A stretch of DNA of 64,000 bases from the NCBI GenBank assembly GCA_964635565.1, contig CAZWON010000005.1:17736-81735 (forward strand), read 5' to 3'. A program made the position numbers and the translations under genes. The DNA is from an uncultured Planctomycetia bacterium (GTDB lineage Bacteria; Omnitrophota; Gorgyraeia; Duberdicusellales; 4484-171). The notes under the pieces are model-generated. The model was not told the DNA's origin, did not search any database, and worked only from the letters and a program-made list of their open reading frames with translations. Numbering within the stretch: the first letter of the stretch is position 1; every line of letters starts with the position of its first letter. Below, one piece after another: positions 54,473-63,463 of this stretch.

Positions 54473-54919
54473 TCAATCTTTATAAAAACGTGCGATAGCT
54501 TTTCTAACATCAGAGGAAGTGCTGATAAAAATCTGAATATTTAAAGAAGTAATATCTTCTAAATCCTCTACCGCTTCCATATTTAAGGGGTTAGCCATTG
54601 CCACCGTTAAGGTATTACCTATTTTATCTATAGGGATAAGGCAATAATGATGAGCAACATTTTTAGGAATAAGTTTAATTACTTCTTGAGGAATATCATA
54701 ATTCTCCAGGGGCAAGAAAGGAAATCCATACTGAAAAGAAATACATTGAGCAATTTCCTCTTCTGTCGCGAACTTTTTATTGACAATAATCTCGCCAATT
54801 AATCCACCCTCTTTCGCTTGAGTATCTAAAACTTCCTTTAACTGCTCACTCGTAATAATGTTTTTCTCGACAAGAATTTCTCCTAATAGTTTTTCTATTT
54901 TCTTTTTTCTAAATCTCAT
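54473..54919 (-). CDS. standalone T2SSE_N (GspE N-terminal / MshEN-like) domain protein
   Basis: 148 aa; LLGEILVEKNIITSEQLKEVLDTQ and GLIGEIIVNKKFATEEEIAQ repeat halves followed by the ...LIPI..IGNTLTVAMANPLN core shared with both PilB N-termini; no ATPase domain. Confidence 0.7.
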   Translation of the reverse strand: MRFRKKKIEKLLGEILVEKNIITSEQLKEVLDTQAKEGGLIGEIIVNKKFATEEEIAQCISFQYGFPFLPLENYDIPQEVIKLIPKNVAHHYCLIPIDKIGNTLTVAMANPLNMEAVEDLEDITSLNIQIFISTSSDVRKAIARFYKD

Positions 54920-56265
54920 TATTTCTTAAGCTGAGTGTGGATGCATTCTAAGAGCTGCTGGGAATTTGTACCATCAATAGGATTTTCTGCTACTGCTAAT
55001 TTAATTTGAGGAGCTAAGGCAATGTTTTCTTCTAAAAAATTGTAAATTATTTCTTTAAGTCGTGTTCCCATATGTTGAGACTGTCGTCGATTGCGTTCAA
55101 TAAGAATAACCCCAAATCTATCTTCTCTAAGCCTGCCTAAAATATCTATGGGTCTTATATTATTCTTAAATATACCCACCAGCTTCTTTAATAGCTTCTC
55201 TAATTCAAGCAAAGCCATTTTTTGCTTGTATTCATTATAATTAACAATTTCTACAACTAACAATCCGCAGGGGCGTTGGTAAGTGGTAGCACGCTTAATT
55301 TCCTCTTCAAGGCGATTAAGAAAAAATTTTTCGTTGTAAATCCCTGTTAAGGGGTCAAAAATTTCTAAATCTTCAACTTTTTTATAAAGATTTTTCCTTT
55401 CCCACAAAATGCTCATATTATATGAAAAAAGATTAATTACTTCGCTATCGTCATCAGAAAAAGCAAAATCGTCAAGATAATTACCTACAATGATAAACCC
55501 CACAATATTATCTCTTAAATAAATGGGCTGAATAATAAAGTTTTTAGTACCTAATATTTCATCGACAAATAAAAATTTATCGTCTCTATTGTTCTTATCA
55601 ATAATGCGCGTAGTAATTACTGATTTTAATTTATTTATATTTTCATTAGTTAATAAATTTAAAACTTTATCTTCGTTTATACCGGAAAAGAAGTTATAAT
55701 ATTTACCTTCTATTTCTCTAACAAAAAATATAACAACAATATTAACCTGGATTATTCCTCTTAGTCTCTCCGTAAGAAACTGTAATATATCCTCTGAAGG
55801 AGCTCCTTTAGAAAATAAAGAATTAGCCTCTAAAATAGAAGAAAATACTTTAACTTTCTGAGCAATTGCCCTGCTTAATTCTTCTGTCTTAGAACTTACT
55901 ATCTTAAGCTCTTCCACACTCTCTTTGACCTTCGAAGAAAGCATATTAAAAACAACGTCAAGGCGTTCTACTTCATTCTTTATTCCTATATTTCCCAATG
56001 TATCGTGGTCTTTTATATGACGCAAAGTTTCCTGTGTTTTATTATAAATTTTTATCACTGAAGAAAATACCTCAAACACAAACCACCATCCTACTAAGAT
56101 AACCGAAATAAGAACATAAATAGCTAACACAGATATTCTGTAGGAATTTATTATGTAATAGAAAATAAGAGCTATGGGAGCAAAAGTAGCAAAAGTAAAG
56201 GCTACGCAAAGTCTTCTCTTTAAACTTATCTTGCTTAGAGAAGAAATTTTCTTATCGTCTTTCAT
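54919..56265 (-). CDS. membrane-anchored GAF-like + degenerate GGDEF domain protein (REDRF in place of GGDEF)
   Basis: 448 aa; 2 N-terminal TM helices, coiled-coil, then DPLTGIYNEKFF...LLVVEI.NYNEY....LGRLREDRFGVILIE, a diguanylate-cyclase fold with the A-site GG(D/E)EF replaced by REDRF. Confidence 0.6.
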   Translation of the reverse strand: MKDDKKISSLSKISLKRRLCVAFTFATFAPIALIFYYIINSYRISVLAIYVLISVILVGWWFVFEVFSSVIKIYNKTQETLRHIKDHDTLGNIGIKNEVERLDVVFNMLSSKVKESVEELKIVSSKTEELSRAIAQKVKVFSSILEANSLFSKGAPSEDILQFLTERLRGIIQVNIVVIFFVREIEGKYYNFFSGINEDKVLNLLTNENINKLKSVITTRIIDKNNRDDKFLFVDEILGTKNFIIQPIYLRDNIVGFIIVGNYLDDFAFSDDDSEVINLFSYNMSILWERKNLYKKVEDLEIFDPLTGIYNEKFFLNRLEEEIKRATTYQRPCGLLVVEIVNYNEYKQKMALLELEKLLKKLVGIFKNNIRPIDILGRLREDRFGVILIERNRRQSQHMGTRLKEIIYNFLEENIALAPQIKLAVAENPIDGTNSQQLLECIHTQLKK

Positions 56266-56644
56266 TGTTTTTAAATTCCTTTAAAGCGCTTAAGGTATAT
56301 ATTCCTTTTAAAATATCTTTAATTTTCACCGGCTTAACCAGATAATAATCGGCTTCCAAATTATAGGTTTTTTTAATATCGTTAAATGCATCCTTCGCAG
56401 AGATAATTATTATAGGAAGCGACATATTTTTTTCTTGTTTAATCCATCTTAATACTTCCCATCCATCTATACCCGGCATTACTAAATCAAGAATTATCAT
56501 ATCCGGCTTTTCTTCTACTATCCTTAACTTTGTCTCTTCACCATCAAAAGCTACCACCACGTCAAAACCTTCTCTTTTTAAGGCAACCCCCAAAAGCCTA
56601 ACAAAATCTCTCTCGTCGTCAGCAATAAGAATTTTCTTGATCAT
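56252..56644 (-). CDS. single-domain response regulator receiver (CheY-like)
   Basis: 130 aa; ILIADDE (acidic pocket), phospho-acceptor IILDLVMPGIDG, conserved Ser/Thr and Lys (IIIISAKD...K). Confidence 0.85.
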   Translation of the reverse strand: MIKKILIADDERDFVRLLGVALKREGFDVVVAFDGEETKLRIVEEKPDMIILDLVMPGIDGWEVLRWIKQEKNMSLPIIIISAKDAFNDIKKTYNLEADYYLVKPVKIKDILKGIYTLSALKEFKNNERR

Positions 56645-56662
56645 ATTATTGACTGCATTTTT

Positions 56663-57187
56663 TTAAAATAAATCTTTCTTTCTTACCGTCTCAATCATAT
56701 CTTTTATAAACTCTTTTTCTGCCAAAGCTAACTTAAAATGGTGCTCTATCAACAAAGATAAATTTCTCGGAGAATCTTTTAATTCCTTTCTTTTTAAAAT
56801 AAGCCATTGTTTAACACTATCAAGAAACCGAGAACGTAACCTTAAAAGAGGAAGTACTTCTTTTGTATCAACAAAAGGAAGGAAATAAAGGGCTATATCT
56901 AATTCAATGAATGGCCGGCGTTGAGAAACCAATGCTTCCTTACATAGCCTTAAGAATTCCCTGTCTCCTTTAGAAGTAATCTGATAAACATACCTTTTAA
57001 TATCCCTTTGATTTATTGATTTTTTTCGGATAAAACCCTCTCTCTCCATTTTCTTTAGAGGGTAATATATGGAAGAAGTATCTAATTGGGAAAATATTCC
57101 CAGGTCTTTTTTTATAAACTTCTTTATATCATATCCTGAGGCAGGATTTTTTTTAAGAAAACCTAATATAATAAGCTTTTGGATCAT
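56663..57187 (-). CDS. PadR-family transcriptional regulator
   Basis: 174 aa; ILGFLKKNPASGYDI...SSIYYPLKKMEREGFI is the PadR winged-helix signature. Confidence 0.85.
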   Translation of the reverse strand: MIQKLIILGFLKKNPASGYDIKKFIKKDLGIFSQLDTSSIYYPLKKMEREGFIRKKSINQRDIKRYVYQITSKGDREFLRLCKEALVSQRRPFIELDIALYFLPFVDTKEVLPLLRLRSRFLDSVKQWLILKRKELKDSPRNLSLLIEHHFKLALAEKEFIKDMIETVRKKDLF

Positions 57188-58137
57188 TCTCTAAATACGC
57201 CTATCTTTCTGAACTTTTCATATCTTTTTAAAACCAACTCTTGCCCAGGAATATTTTTCAGTTCCTCTAATGATTTTAGAAGAGCGTCTTTTACATTAAT
57301 GGCTGCTTTTTGGTAATCTCGGTGAGCTCCTCCTTGAGGCTCAGAAATTACTTCATCAACTATCCCCAAAGAAAGTAACTCTTTACTACTCAACTTAAGG
57401 GCATCCGCAGCTTGTGGAGCCATTTTTGAATCGCGCCATAATATTGCTGCACACCCTTCAGGAGAAATCACAGAATAATAGGCATATTCCATAATCAATA
57501 TCTTATCCCCCACACCTATACCTAATGCTCCTCCACTGCCTCCTTCGCCTATCACTATAACGATAATAGGAACCTTGAGATTAAACATATCTTGAATATT
57601 CTCCGCAATAGCAAGAGCCTGTCCACGTTCCTCTGCTCCTATTCCGGGATAAGCCCCCCGTGTATCAATAAAAGAAACTATGGGCAAAGAAAAGCGCTCT
57701 GCTAATTTCATAATCCTCATTGCCTTACGGTATCCTTCAGGATGAGCACAGCCAAAATTCCTCTCTAAATTCTCTTTTGTATCTTTACCTCTTTGATGCC
57801 CTACAACAGCTATTTTTCTTCCTTCTAATTTTGCTAATCCGCAGACGATTGCTTTATCATCTTTATATAAACGGTCGCCAGAAAGCTCTATAAAATCCTC
57901 CATTATCATTTCTATATAATCCAACGTTGTAGGACGTTTTATATGGCGAGCAATTTGAATCTTCTGCCAAGAAGTAAGATTGGTATAAATTCTTACTTTT
58001 AAATTTCTTAATTTCTCTTCAAGATTATTTATTTCACTGGATAAATCTATCTGTTTATTTAAAGAAAACTCTTTTAATTCTTTTATTTTATTTTCTAACT
58101 CAACTATTGGTTTTTCAAAATCCCAATATTGCACCAT
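57184..58137 (-). CDS. accA: acetyl-CoA carboxylase carboxyltransferase subunit alpha
   Basis: 317 aa; DFEKPIVELE, ...R...RP....YI......EL.GDR...DD.A...G, GGALGIGVGD oxyanion-hole motifs of AccA. Confidence 0.9.
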   Translation of the reverse strand: MVQYWDFEKPIVELENKIKELKEFSLNKQIDLSSEINNLEEKLRNLKVRIYTNLTSWQKIQIARHIKRPTTLDYIEMIMEDFIELSGDRLYKDDKAIVCGLAKLEGRKIAVVGHQRGKDTKENLERNFGCAHPEGYRKAMRIMKLAERFSLPIVSFIDTRGAYPGIGAEERGQALAIAENIQDMFNLKVPIIVIVIGEGGSGGALGIGVGDKILIMEYAYYSVISPEGCAAILWRDSKMAPQAADALKLSSKELLSLGIVDEVISEPQGGAHRDYQKAAINVKDALLKSLEELKNIPGQELVLKRYEKFRKIGVFRE

Positions 58138-58208
58138 TTTTTCTCTTAAAATATTCCTTCTAAAACTCTATTCCTTTAATCTATACATCTATAACCCAAA
58201 TATCTCTA

Positions 58209-59006
58209 TCAATTTACAATAATTACTTCTGTGCCTAAAGGAACGATATCATAAAGTTCCTCAACGTCCTTGTTATGCATCCTGATACAACCTTGAGTGA
58301 CTTGTTTGCCGATATCATTCACATTTCTATTTCCATGTATACCATATCCCTTAATATTTAAACCTATCCAACGTGAACCTAATACATTATCAGGGCTGTC
58401 AGGAAGAACAACAGCGCCAGCTTTAAACCACACAGGTTTTTTTAGTTTATTAGCTACTTTAAATTTCCCTGTGGGAGTAGAGTTATTCTTTCCCGTAGAT
58501 ACCACATAAGTTTTTACTATTCTATCGTTTTGTTTTAAAAAAAGCAGATTTTGAGATTTATCAATAACTATAGAAAATTTACAGGTGTTCACTTTTAACT
58601 TTTGCTGAGGATGGATAATGTCGCTTTTTAATCCATTAGCTTTTTTAATAAGAGCAACAGTTGTGCCAAATTTCTTAGCAATCTTAATTAAAGTATCGTT
58701 AGGTTTTACCGCATATTGTATACTGCATTCATCAAGAAGAGGAGAGAAGATAATATTAATGTTTAATCTTTCTATGTTTTTCTTGATCTTGTCTAATAAA
58801 AAAGAGTTATCTGTAACATCCCTTGCTTTTTCATATAAACGACGCGCTTCTAATAAATCATTCTTTGATAAAGCCACATCTGCTTTATTCAGCAAATCTT
58901 TTAAAGAAACTTTTTCTGTCACAGATCTCTTTGGAATAATAATTATTGTTAATATTACAAAAATAGTTATTCCTATTATTCCCAAAATAAATATATTTCT
59001 TCTCAA
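58209..59006 (-). CDS. LysM-domain L,D-transpeptidase (YkuD family)
   Basis: 265 aa; signal/anchor, LysM (YAVKPNDTLIKIAKKFGTTVALIKKANGL), YkuD catalytic HG...S.GCIRM. Confidence 0.85.
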   Translation of the reverse strand: MRRNIFILGIIGITIFVILTIIIIPKRSVTEKVSLKDLLNKADVALSKNDLLEARRLYEKARDVTDNSFLLDKIKKNIERLNINIIFSPLLDECSIQYAVKPNDTLIKIAKKFGTTVALIKKANGLKSDIIHPQQKLKVNTCKFSIVIDKSQNLLFLKQNDRIVKTYVVSTGKNNSTPTGKFKVANKLKKPVWFKAGAVVLPDSPDNVLGSRWIGLNIKGYGIHGNRNVNDIGKQVTQGCIRMHNKDVEELYDIVPLGTEVIIVN

Positions 59007-59023
59007 CCTTGCCTCCCTTTAAA

Positions 59024-59479
59024 TTAATATCCTTTATAAAACAATAAAAAAGTAACTAACCCTACTAATGCACCCATAAAAACTTCAAAAGGAGTATGCC
59101 CTACCAATTCCTTAAGATGATAATCTTCTATTTTCTTTTTTTTCTGGATATCTTCCATGATTAAGTTAAGAACCCTTGCCTGTACTCCAATAGAACGTCG
59201 CCATGTTTGAGCATCAAACATAGTAATAAGAGCTAAAATGGCTGCTAAGGCAAATAAAGCAGAAGAATACCCTGCTTTTTCTCCCACCGAGAAAGTTAAA
59301 GCTGATACTGCCGCACTATGTGCGGAAGGCATTCCTCCTGTTCGCAAGATCCAATAAAAGTTAAATCTTTTCCCTTGAACCAAGCCAATAGCAATCTTTA
59401 TGCCCTGGGCTATAGCCCAACTTAAAAGGGTAATCCAAAGTATTTTATTAGAAAGCACACCGCCCCAAAATTCTCTCAT
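59024..59479 (-). CDS. divergent PAP2 family membrane protein (DUF212 / acid-phosphatase-vanadium-haloperoxidase-related)
   Basis: 151 aa; GGMPSAHSA motif and 3-4 TM helices characteristic of DUF212. Confidence 0.7.
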   Translation of the reverse strand: MREFWGGVLSNKILWITLLSWAIAQGIKIAIGLVQGKRFNFYWILRTGGMPSAHSAAVSALTFSVGEKAGYSSALFALAAILALITMFDAQTWRRSIGVQARVLNLIMEDIQKKKKIEDYHLKELVGHTPFEVFMGALVGLVTFLLFYKGY

Positions 59480-59583
59480 AGCTATATTATTATAAGCCTA
59501 AATATTAACCCAATCAAGAAGGAATACTTTCTAGCAAACCACACAAGATTGTAGAAGATTTTATTTTTCCTATAATGTTTTAA

Positions 59584-59623
59584 TAAATAAAAATATTATA
59601 TTGTAAATAAAAATATTATATTG
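59584..59623 (+). repeat. perfect 20-bp tandem duplication TAAATAAAAATATTATATTG x2 upstream of the sensor kinase gene
   Basis: Copies at 59584-59603 and 59604-59623, ~95 bp upstream of the ATG at 59717; TATAAT at 59571-59576 just upstream. Confidence 0.8.
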
Positions 59624-59716
59624 AGAATAAAAGTACTTTTTCTATAATCCTTGAAAAAATATCAATAAAGAGATAAAATTTCTTAGGAAGTATAATTTTT
59701 TGATAAGGAGTTATTA

Positions 59717-61150
59717 ATGTTTTCTGTTACCTTTGTATATATTATAGTAGCAATCATAGGGGTGATAATTGCTTTAATATTAGCTTATCTTGGCACTCTT
59801 CAGTCAAAAGGGAGTACTACTGCTATCGGAAAAACACCAAGAAGCCTTGTAACACCCCCTATTATACACAGTTCTATAAACGAATCAATTGTAAAAGAAA
59901 TACAACCTGTATTACGCTCCCGCAAACACAGTGAGTTAATAAGTAAGAAAATATCACATGTTTTTAATAAAGAGCTGGAAAAACGGATTAATTTGACTGC
60001 ACAGGAAATAAGTAAGAAATATAACGCCCTCATTGAAGAGAAAACTCGCAATGAAGAGATTGCTTTAAAAAAATACAAAAAAGCCATTGTAGAGAAAAGA
60101 GATACAGAGGCAGTAATAAGAAGTATTGCTGAAGGGTTGGTGGTAGTCGACGCAGAAGGTAAAGTTATTATGATGAACCCTGCTGCAGAAAAGCTTTTAG
60201 GGGTAGAAAAAGAAAATACCTTTGGGAAAAAACTTACAGAAAATTTGAAAGAAGAACAACTAATATCATTAATAAAAAGTTCTCCTGATAAAGAAAACAA
60301 AGAGATAGAACTTTCTTCCCCTGACGATGAAACAAAAAAAGTTTTAAGAGCTAGTAGCGCAGTAATAGAAGATGAGAATGGTAAAACTGTAGGAATGGTC
60401 TCAGTATTAAGCGACATCACCAAACAGAGAGAATTAGAAAGGATGAAATCTAACTTTATTGCTAGCGTTTCTCATGAATTAAGGACACCTCTTATTGCTA
60501 TTGAGAAATCAGTATCTTTGCTTCTCTCTAAAACAACAGGCCCTATTTCAGAAACCCAAGAGCAGTTTTTAAAAATCGCCCATCGTAATTTAAAAAGACT
60601 ATCCCGCCTTATAAATGACCTTTTAGACTTATCTAAATTAGAAGCAAAGAAAATGGCGTTAGAACGTAAGATATCTTCTATAAAAGAGATTATTGATGAA
60701 ACAATGGAAACATTCAATACATGGGCAGAAACAAAGTCTATTACCCTTGAAAAAAGAATAGAGGAGAATATACCTATGGTAAATGTAGATCCTTCAAGAA
60801 TAACTCAGGTGCTTACTAATCTTATAGGAAATGCTATTAAATTTACTCCCCAGGGAGGAGCAATAACAGTTGAGGCGCATCATAAAAAAGATGCTTCCTG
60901 TATTGAAGTAAGTGTTGCGGATACAGGCATAGGTATTGATAAACAATACTTAGAAAAGATATTTGACAGATTCTATCAAACAACAGAAAGAGCAACTACT
61001 GATATAAGCGGAACAGGATTGGGACTAAGTATCTGTAAAGAACTTATAGAACTACATGGGGGGAAAATATGGGCAGAAAGTGAAAAAGGATATGGGGCAA
61101 AGTTTATATTTACTCTGCCTTTAACAACTAATTCAAATACTGGAGGTTAA
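59717..61150 (+). CDS. sensor histidine kinase (TM-coiled-coil-PAS-HisKA-HATPase_c)
   Basis: 477 aa; N-terminal TM, PAS (..IAEGLVVVDAEGKVIMMNPAAEKLLG..), H-box SHELRTPL, N/G1/G2 boxes (NLIGNAIKFT, DTGIGI, GTGLGLSI). Confidence 0.9.
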   Translation: MFSVTFVYIIVAIIGVIIALILAYLGTLQSKGSTTAIGKTPRSLVTPPIIHSSINESIVKEIQPVLRSRKHSELISKKISHVFNKELEKRINLTAQEISKKYNALIEEKTRNEEIALKKYKKAIVEKRDTEAVIRSIAEGLVVVDAEGKVIMMNPAAEKLLGVEKENTFGKKLTENLKEEQLISLIKSSPDKENKEIELSSPDDETKKVLRASSAVIEDENGKTVGMVSVLSDITKQRELERMKSNFIASVSHELRTPLIAIEKSVSLLLSKTTGPISETQEQFLKIAHRNLKRLSRLINDLLDLSKLEAKKMALERKISSIKEIIDETMETFNTWAETKSITLEKRIEENIPMVNVDPSRITQVLTNLIGNAIKFTPQGGAITVEAHHKKDASCIEVSVADTGIGIDKQYLEKIFDRFYQTTERATTDISGTGLGLSICKELIELHGGKIWAESEKGYGAKFIFTLPLTTNSNTGG

Positions 61151-61153
61151 GTT

Positions 61154-61540
61154 ATGGAAAAAAAAGTTAAAATTCTTATGGTAGATGACGAGGAAGATTT
61201 TACTCAACCGATGGCATTCTGGTTTAAGACAAAAGGATACGAAGTCTCTACAGCGAACAATGGCGAAATAGCATTAGAAAAAATTAAAGACGAAAAACCC
61301 GATATAATATTTTTGGATCTTAATATGCCAGTTATGGATGGCTTTGAAACTCTAAAAAGAATAAGAAAAATTGACAAAAATCTCCCTGTAATAGTAATAA
61401 GTGCCTATGCAGACCCTGAAAAAATACAAAGAATGCAACCGCACGGAATCTCAGGAGTTTTTTATAAAGGAAGCGACTTTGAAGAAGGAGTAACTCTTAT
61501 AGAGTCAATATTAAGAACACACAAAAAACTTAAGAAATAA
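61154..61540 (+). CDS. single-domain response regulator receiver
   Basis: 128 aa; ILMVDDEE, phospho-acceptor IFLDLNMPVMDG, VIVISAYAD..K. Confidence 0.88.
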   Translation: MEKKVKILMVDDEEDFTQPMAFWFKTKGYEVSTANNGEIALEKIKDEKPDIIFLDLNMPVMDGFETLKRIRKIDKNLPVIVISAYADPEKIQRMQPHGISGVFYKGSDFEEGVTLIESILRTHKKLKK

Positions 61541-61589
61541 CTTAAGTTATAATTATTTTATAGATTAATCTTTTCTCTGGGGGGTGAAA

Positions 61590-63119
61590 CTATATCCATA
61601 AACTTTTATCTAAGCTACGATAACGGACTGCTTCAGAAAGATGGAAAGAGGTAATTTCTTCAGATTTATCTAAATCTGCAATAGTTCTACTTACTTTCAG
61701 AATCTTATCATAAGAACGGGCACTTAATTTTAACTCTCTTATTGTTGTTTTAAGTAGTGATTTTGCTTCCTCATTTAATATACAATATTTTTGAAGGTGT
61801 TTATGGTTCATTTGGGCATTAAAAAAAATTTTTTCTTTTTTAAAACGCCTATTTTGAATCTTTCTGGTCTCTTCTACTCTCTTTTTGATCTGATGGGATG
61901 ATTCTACAGGAATATTTTTACTCATTAAATCATCGGTTTTTATACCAGAAAGTTCTATATGAATATCAATACGGTCTAAAAGAGGTCCAGAAATTTTACG
62001 GCGATACTTCTGAATTTGAAAACTTGAACAATGACATGCTTTCTGGAAAGAACCAAAATACCCACAGGGGCAGGGATTCATCGCTGCCACAAGAATAAAG
62101 CGTGAAGGAAAACGCAGGTGTTTTGTTGCCCGAGAAATACTAACAAAACCATCCTCCAATGGTTGTCTTAATGCTTCTAATGAATCACGGGAGAATTCAG
62201 GAAGTTCGTCTAAAAAAAGAACTCCATTATGGGCTAAAGTAATCTCTCCTGGTCTTATATTAGTCCCCCCTCCTACTAAAGCTATACTGGAAGAAGTATG
62301 GTGAGGAGAACGAAATGGTCTTTTTTTCATTAAAGGCTCTTCGCTATTTAAGAAACCGCATACACTATAAATCTTTGTCACTTCCAGTATCTCCTCAAAA
62401 GCCATATCGGGAAGAATCGTGGGTATTCTTCTTGCGAGCATTGTCTTCCCTACGCCTGGTGGACCAATCATAATAAGATTATGCATTCCACTAATAGCAA
62501 CCTCAATAGCCCGCTTGGCAAAAATTTGTCCTTTAACTTCAGAAAAATCCACTTCATAAATGGGTTTTCGGAACATATCTTTTTCTTTTTTTATAATAAA
62601 AGGTGTTTTCTTTGTAATTCCTGACAAAAAAGCAACTGCCTCCGGAAGGTTTTTAACAGGATAAACATCTACCCCTTTAACTAAACCTGCTTCTTTAGCA
62701 TTCTCCCACGGCAAAATAACCTTTTTAGATAAGTCTTTAGCTTTCATTACCATAGGGAATATGCCTCTCACTGGTCTTATATTACCCTCTAAAGAAAGCT
62801 CTCCAAGAATAATATAACCAGATAAATCTAAATTTAACTGGTTGCTGGAATTAAGTAAACATAAAGCAATTGCTAAATCATAATGAGTGCCTTCTTTTTT
62901 TATATTACCAGGAGCTAAATTAATAGTTATTCTCTGGGAAGGAAATTCATAATTAGCATTTTTTATAGCAGAACGGACTCTATCTTTACTTTCCTTTACC
63001 TGTGCATCTCCTAACCCAATGATAAGTAAAGAAGGTAAACCCCTCTGAATATCTACTTCTATTTCTACAGGGTATACCTCTAAACCATTTACACCAAGAG
63101 CAAGTGCTTGGGAAACCAT
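61590..63119 (-). CDS. YifB/ComM family Mg-chelatase-like AAA+ ATPase
   Basis: 509 aa; N-terminal Lon-protease-like S5 domain, Walker A GPPGVGKT, Walker B VLFLDELPEF, C-terminal Mg_chelatase_C; typical ComM length. Confidence 0.88.
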   Translation of the reverse strand: MVSQALALGVNGLEVYPVEIEVDIQRGLPSLLIIGLGDAQVKESKDRVRSAIKNANYEFPSQRITINLAPGNIKKEGTHYDLAIALCLLNSSNQLNLDLSGYIILGELSLEGNIRPVRGIFPMVMKAKDLSKKVILPWENAKEAGLVKGVDVYPVKNLPEAVAFLSGITKKTPFIIKKEKDMFRKPIYEVDFSEVKGQIFAKRAIEVAISGMHNLIMIGPPGVGKTMLARRIPTILPDMAFEEILEVTKIYSVCGFLNSEEPLMKKRPFRSPHHTSSSIALVGGGTNIRPGEITLAHNGVLFLDELPEFSRDSLEALRQPLEDGFVSISRATKHLRFPSRFILVAAMNPCPCGYFGSFQKACHCSSFQIQKYRRKISGPLLDRIDIHIELSGIKTDDLMSKNIPVESSHQIKKRVEETRKIQNRRFKKEKIFFNAQMNHKHLQKYCILNEEAKSLLKTTIRELKLSARSYDKILKVSRTIADLDKSEEITSFHLSEAVRYRSLDKSLWI

Positions 63120-63463
63120 AATATCATTTTTAAAACAGATACTCTATTATTTAGCAGTAAGGACTTTTTCGATTAAAATTCTTAGTTTATTTACAATTTC
63201 TCTCGGAAGAATAAACTGTGTTTTTAAGGTGGGGGTAGTAATAACAAATTCAAACATATCTTGATTCTGAGCCACCTTGCGAATTGACACCTGCATTTTA
63301 AAAGAATTACTCATCTTTATTAGATGATAATTTCTATTGCTACAAAGTTCCTATTATAATACTGCTAATTTTTTTATTCGTCAAATTATTCTAAATTAAC
63401 CTTAAAAATCACAAAATCAAGTTATTTGACTTTTCTTTTTTATTATGGTATTTAAAATATGTT

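Noticed and set aside
58297-59022. 70-aa and 134-aa plus-strand ORFs inside the L,D-transpeptidase gene
   Set aside because: Antisense; the minus-strand ORF carries LysM and YkuD catalytic motifs.
59800-60717. 207-aa and 81-aa minus-strand ORFs inside the histidine kinase gene
   Set aside because: Antisense to a CDS with complete H/N/G-box motifs; Ser/Phe-rich nonsense translation.
61898-62098. 66-aa plus-strand ORF inside comM
   Set aside because: Antisense.
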